NCBI GenBank assembly: GCA_964464735.1
Contig: CAYXKF010000001.1
Coordinates: forward strand, 35,690 to 99,689
DNA from: an uncultured Candidatus Saccharibacteria bacterium
Lineage (GTDB): Bacteria; Patescibacteriota; Minisyncoccia; Phycocordibacterales; UBA1006
Direction of reading: 5' to 3'
Length of the DNA stretch: 64,000 bases
The notes below the pieces were generated by a model. The model had not been told where the DNA came from, searched no databases, and worked only from the letters and a program-made list of their open reading frames with translations. The position numbers were made by a program, and so were the translations under genes. Positions 59,843 to 64,000 of this stretch are shown here, piece after piece (the stretch's first letter is position 1; each line of letters starts with the position of its first letter).

Positions 59843-60334
59843 ATGCCGCGCATTCCTGTTGTAGATGAAAATGATGTCGTTATCGGACATATAGACAGGA
59901 ATGATCGAGATCCTAATGACATTATCCGTATCAGTGCTGTTTGGATAACTGACGAAGATGGCAATATTTTACTTCAACAACGGAAATTAACCAAAAAAAA
60001 TAATCCCGGGAAATGGGGTCCGGCAGTTGCTGGTACAGTTGAAGAGGGTGAAACCTACATAGTGAATGCCTATAAGGAAATGAAGGAGGAAATTGGCGTC
60101 GAGGGTGTTTCTTTGTTCGAGTACAAGAAATATTACGGTGAAACTAATACTGGTAAGCGTTTTTGCCAAGTATACACTGCCACTATTCCGCGAAATACTC
60201 GTTTAACTATCGAAAAAAATGAAGTCGAACAGGTAAAGTGGTTTACTAAGGCCGAAGTACAGAAAATGATTAGTGAGCATCCGGATGATTTTGTTGGCGC
60301 GATGAAACAAGAACTCAAAAATGCTTTTTTGTAA
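59843..60334 (+). CDS. NUDIX hydrolase (IDI/YfcD-like)
   Basis: VVDEND, ILLQQR..K..PGKW..AG.V..GE. Confidence 0.85.
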   Translation: MPRIPVVDENDVVIGHIDRNDRDPNDIIRISAVWITDEDGNILLQQRKLTKKNNPGKWGPAVAGTVEEGETYIVNAYKEMKEEIGVEGVSLFEYKKYYGETNTGKRFCQVYTATIPRNTRLTIEKNEVEQVKWFTKAEVQKMISEHPDDFVGAMKQELKNAFL

Positions 60335-60337
60335 AAA

Positions 60338-61144
60338 TTAAAATACTTGTTCTTTTTCTCCTTCGGGAATAACACGTTCAATCACGAACGTGTTATTTTC
60401 GTATCGGGCTTTGGTGATCTTTATGCGCTTACCGTTCGAATCGAAATAAAAAACTCCCGGCCAGCCAAAGTATGCGCGGTATTTTCGCCATTTGGTTTCG
60501 TCTGAATCAGTCGCTAAAAGTTCGCCGTCTTTTTTTTCGATCTTAGCGCAGTAGGTTGCGTCGGCGTCGTTTTGCGGTGTAAGCGTAAAATCTCCGGTTG
60601 CAAGTTTCGGAAACATTTCGATCAATGATTTACTTGCCTCGGTGCTCATCCACGCTTTTAAGTCTTCGGCAGTTTCGTTTCCATTCAAGGGATACTCTTT
60701 CTGAACGGCGATCGGACCTTTATCAAGTTCAAACTCCATTTTTTGAATCGTGAATCCGGTTTTTTCATCGCCCGCCAAAATGACCGCTTCGTTGCAACTA
60801 GCGCCTCGCCAACGAGGTAGCAGCGAGTAATGCACGTTAAAGCATCCATGTTTTGGAATATCCAACAACCACTGCGGAAATATTTTTCCGTAGGCAACAA
60901 CAATAAAAAAATCCCATTGTGTGCTTCGCAAAAACTCCTCGGCGTCTTTTAATTTTTCGGGTTGATGTACAGAAATATTCAAAGACTCGGCTAATACTTT
61001 AACAGGCGAGGGGGTCAGTATTTGTTTTCGTCCAACCGGCCGGTCAGGATTAGTAAAAACCGCATTTGGCGTATGGCCTGCGTCGATGAGCATTTTTAAA
61101 ACCGTTTCGGCGCTTTCGGGCGTGCCAAAAAATAGCCAGTTCAT
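60338..61144 (-). CDS. fmt: methionyl-tRNA formyltransferase
   Basis: FFGTP, PDRPVGR, VVAYG, NVHYSLLPRWRG. Confidence 0.96.
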   Translation of the reverse strand: MNWLFFGTPESAETVLKMLIDAGHTPNAVFTNPDRPVGRKQILTPSPVKVLAESLNISVHQPEKLKDAEEFLRSTQWDFFIVVAYGKIFPQWLLDIPKHGCFNVHYSLLPRWRGASCNEAVILAGDEKTGFTIQKMEFELDKGPIAVQKEYPLNGNETAEDLKAWMSTEASKSLIEMFPKLATGDFTLTPQNDADATYCAKIEKKDGELLATDSDETKWRKYRAYFGWPGVFYFDSNGKRIKITKARYENNTFVIERVIPEGEKEQVF

Positions 61145-61145
61145 A

Positions 61146-61661
61146 TTATTCTAAAGGAATCTTAGTGGTGCGCTTTTCGGCTTTCCAAATGTCGTCGGCC
61201 TTGTCGGTAAATAACACGCCGTCCAAGTGATCAAGTTCGTGCTGGATCACACGTGCAAGCAATGCGCCTGTACCGCGTTCGAACTTTTCGCCGTGTTCGT
61301 CATAGGCGACAACGGTAACTTGGGCAGGGCGGCGTACATGGCCGTAGACGCCGCGGATCGAAAGGCAGCCTTCCTCGAATGAAACCTTTTTAGAGCTTTT
61401 TTTGGTAATGATCGGATTAATAAACACGGTCGGACGAATGCTGTCTTCTTTTTTATAGACCGAATCGGCAATGACAAAAATGCGGGTCGTTTCGCCAATT
61501 TGCGGGGAAGCAAGGCCAATGCCGTCCTTGGTGTTTTTAAGCGTATCCTTAAGGTTTGCGATAATAGCCTGAATTTCTGCTGATTTAATATCTTTTACCA
61601 GAACCTCTTTTGCCTTGGTGCGCAATACCGGATCGCCGATTTGTACGATTTCTTTTTGCAT
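61146..61661 (-). CDS. def: peptide deformylase
   Basis: GIGLASPQIG, EGCLS, QHELDHLDG. Confidence 0.97.
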   Translation of the reverse strand: MQKEIVQIGDPVLRTKAKEVLVKDIKSAEIQAIIANLKDTLKNTKDGIGLASPQIGETTRIFVIADSVYKKEDSIRPTVFINPIITKKSSKKVSFEEGCLSIRGVYGHVRRPAQVTVVAYDEHGEKFERGTGALLARVIQHELDHLDGVLFTDKADDIWKAEKRTTKIPLE

Positions 61662-61712
61662 GCCTTTCTTATACCATATTTTTCGATTCTTTCAATAATC
61701 AGTAAATATTGT

Positions 61713-61740
61713 TTGACAAGTGTGATTTTTAAACTATTCT
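61713..61740 (+). promoter_or_regulatory. sigma70-type promoter of 61758..62432
   Basis: TTGACA-16nt-TATTCT. Confidence 0.6.
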
Positions 61741-61757
61741 GATGAAAAATAAAAGAG

Positions 61758-62432
61758 ATGGATGCAATAAGATATTTTTCTGAAATTGATTCGTTACAGC
61801 GATATTTTAACAGCAGAAAAGATGATACTCCAACAAAGGGGTTTGTGGATCTTCTTGGTAGTATTATTATAAGACACACAGGTTATTTTAAACGACCGGA
61901 TCAATGTTTGGTTGATTTAGGATGCGGAGACGGACAAGTGCTGGCTGCTTTAATTAACTATTTAGGCTTCAAGAAAGCAATTGGCGTTGATGTGTCAGAG
62001 CATATGCTTAGCAGGCTTGATGCCTCTATGAAGTCAAAGTTTAGAAGAATAACTACTACCTTCCGTGTTAATTTAAATACTGAACTATTGCCAATACCCG
62101 ATAGAACCGCTGCATTAGTGACTTCTCTTGGCACCATGATGTATATTGATTCGTTGCCGCACGTGTTTTCTGAAGTTGCAAGAATTATGCGCATAAATGC
62201 ATATTTTTGTTTTACTGTAATTACCTCAGATAAGGAAACCTATGCTTATCAATCTCACGAAAGTACTCCGCTCTATTATGTTCACCGTATGTCAGACTTA
62301 AAAAAGATGATTGAATCATTTGGGTTTGTCATCGAAGCTGATATTCATATACAGGAACCATACCTCGTTAACGTAAATGAAAAAGGTAAGGATCACCCCA
62401 GAACCCTGATTGTAAGAAAAATAAAGAAGTAA
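61758..62432 (+). CDS. class I SAM-dependent methyltransferase (AT-rich cassette)
   Basis: VDLGCGDG, GVDVSEHML, EVARIM. Confidence 0.85.
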   Translation: MDAIRYFSEIDSLQRYFNSRKDDTPTKGFVDLLGSIIIRHTGYFKRPDQCLVDLGCGDGQVLAALINYLGFKKAIGVDVSEHMLSRLDASMKSKFRRITTTFRVNLNTELLPIPDRTAALVTSLGTMMYIDSLPHVFSEVARIMRINAYFCFTVITSDKETYAYQSHESTPLYYVHRMSDLKKMIESFGFVIEADIHIQEPYLVNVNEKGKDHPRTLIVRKIKK

Positions 62433-62435
62433 ACT

Positions 62436-62464
62436 AAAACGCCCAGCTTATAGCCGGGCGTTTT
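62436..62464. terminator. bidirectional terminator
   Basis: AAAACGCCCAGC-TTATA-GCCGGGCGTTTT. Confidence 0.75.
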
Positions 62465-62483
62465 AAATAGTAGATAAGGTGAA

Positions 62484-63787
62484 TTAAATCTTCATCTTCT
62501 TCAAATACTCGACTAAATACACAATAGGCACGGATTTTTGCTGGCGGTTTTCCATGTTTCGCACCAATACCGTTCCATCAAACGCTTCTTGCCGATGGAG
62601 AGCTTCACCGCGACGCCCATTTTTTCGGCCTGTGCAAGCTGCGAACCAATATTGTCTTTACCAAGCGCATGGAATAGGGGAATCTTTGCCTTACGCAGTG
62701 CTTCGATAATTGAAAGCGATTTGGTTTTTGCTTCCATGCCTAATTGCACAAAACAAACCTTTGGTTTTTTGGCGATCTTTGGCGAAAGTTCGGCCTGTGA
62801 AATTTCAAGAATGCGATCAACGCCTAGCGCCATACCAACGGCCGGAATATCTTTTTTAGAACCCAAGCGTTTTGCCAAGTAGTCGTAGCGTCCGCCGCCG
62901 CCCAAAGCTAACGATTCGGTGCTGTCGCCAAATTCGCTTGGTACGTTGGTAAAGTATTCGAATACCGTGTGGGTGTAGTAATCAAGGCCGCGCACCAGCG
63001 TGTGATCGATGGTGTATGGAACACCTAATTCGTCTAAATGTTCGATCACTTCTTTAAAATGTTTTTTACTAACGGGATTTAAATAGTTTAAAGCCTGGGG
63101 AGCCTCGACATTTATTTCTCGAGTTTTTTCTTCTTTTGAATCTAAAATACGAAGCGGATTTTTCTTAAGTCGCTCGCGGTCGATCGCTGGTAGCTGGTTG
63201 ATGTGCTTGCGGTAATATGCAGTTAATGCGCGCAAATATTCGACGCGCGATTCTTTGTCGCCAATGCTATTAAGCTTGATGGTAACGTCTTTAATACCGG
63301 CCTCCTCGATGATTTTGTATCCTGTGTAAATAACCAGCGCATCAAGCGTACTTTTGGTTTTGCCCAAGATCTCGACTGAAAACTGATAGAATTGCCGATA
63401 GCGGCCTTTTTGCGGCTTGTCGTGGCGAAAGTAGGGACCGTAGGTATATAAGTATACCGGCTGCGGGCGGTTCATCATGCCTTGTTCGATATATGCGCGC
63501 ATGATCGCGGCGGTACCTTCGGGGCGCAACACCAACGTGTCGCCACCCTTGGTCTTTAATTCGTACATTTCTTTTTCGACAATGTCGGTGCCTTCGCCAA
63601 CGCCGGTGGTAAAGACTTCAGTTTTTTCAAGTGCTGGAGTTTCGATTGGTTCAAAACCGTAGAATACCGAAATCTCTTGCGCCTTTTCGAAGAATCCTTG
63701 AAAACGGTAATAGTCGTTCCCATGAATGTCGCGCATGCCCTTAGGTGAAAATAGGTCTTCGGTCCGTACTTTTTTTGCTTCTGCCAT
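62484..63787 (-). CDS. hisS: histidine--tRNA ligase with apparent frameshift near the 3' end
   Basis: PKGMRD, LRPEGTA, PQKGRYRQF, LVRGLDYY, GGGRYD; conserved tail EAFDGTVLVRNMENRQQ lies in another frame ending at 62484. Confidence 0.93.
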
Positions 63788-63814
63788 AATACTTCTAAAA
63801 GTTAGTAATGATAA

Positions 63815-64000
63815 TTATTCAAAATCTGCAAGCTCTCCCGGATTGATTGCAAACGTCTTAAAAGGGAATAGTCGCACTAATGGTGTGCCGATGATATTTT
63901 TTCGTGGCAACACGCCCCATACGCGCGAGTCTGAACTTTGGTTGCGGTTATCGCCCATGACAAAGTATTCGTTTTCGTTAAGCGCAACAGTGATCGAGCT
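63815..64000 (-). CDS. lepB: signal peptidase I, C-terminal part (5' truncated by window)
   Basis: Hand translation ...[19 protein letters not shown]...IIG (S26 box E). Confidence 0.92.
   Translation of the reverse strand, partial: SSITVALNENEYFVMGDNRNQSSDSRVWGVLPRKNIIGTPLVRLFPFKTFAINPGELADFE

Noticed and set aside
1-64000. CRISPR array, prophage, integrase, transposase, retron/DGR
   Set aside because: I saw no regularly spaced direct repeats and no cas, phage, recombinase or reverse transcriptase motifs in any ORF.
1-64000. Genetic code 25 (UGA = Gly) as in Gracilibacteria/Absconditabacteria
   Set aside because: Core genes are full length under code 11, TGA ends genes (e.g. 8885, 23304, 55109), and RF2 is present.

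Overview
This is a core-genome segment of a small-genome bacterium. Gene content points to Patescibacteria/CPR (Parcubacteria-like): a Cys-rich CPR protein, short RF2, IF2 and S1, a cluster of VirB2/TrbC-like pilins and many orphans. TGA is used as stop (code 11). Housekeeping genes include ligA (3' end), gatCA, prfB, ftsEX, pyrG, rpsA, gyrA, rbfA, infB, ychF, smpB, ftsH, psd, glyA, tmk, recG, hpf, fmt, def, hisS and lepB (3' end). RNA genes are 11 tRNAs, including an unusual tRNA-Ile(UAU), and a divergent tmRNA. I found no CRISPR array, prophage, integrase or transposase. The most striking pattern is two classes of gene architecture. Core genes have a -10 box a few nt before the ATG and appear leaderless. 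About nine AT-rich orphan units are inserted singly between core genes, each with a TTGAC(A/T)-type -35, a 16-17 nt spacer and a TAnnnT -10, an A-rich leader and a closing terminator-like hairpin. Other points: a 40-aa CPxC/CPxCG microprotein missed by the ORF track, a membrane-anchored RX4H (HEPN-like) protein, two Y-shaped intergenic structures, a family-4 UDG lacking Fe-S cysteines, and a frameshift near the hisS 3' end.
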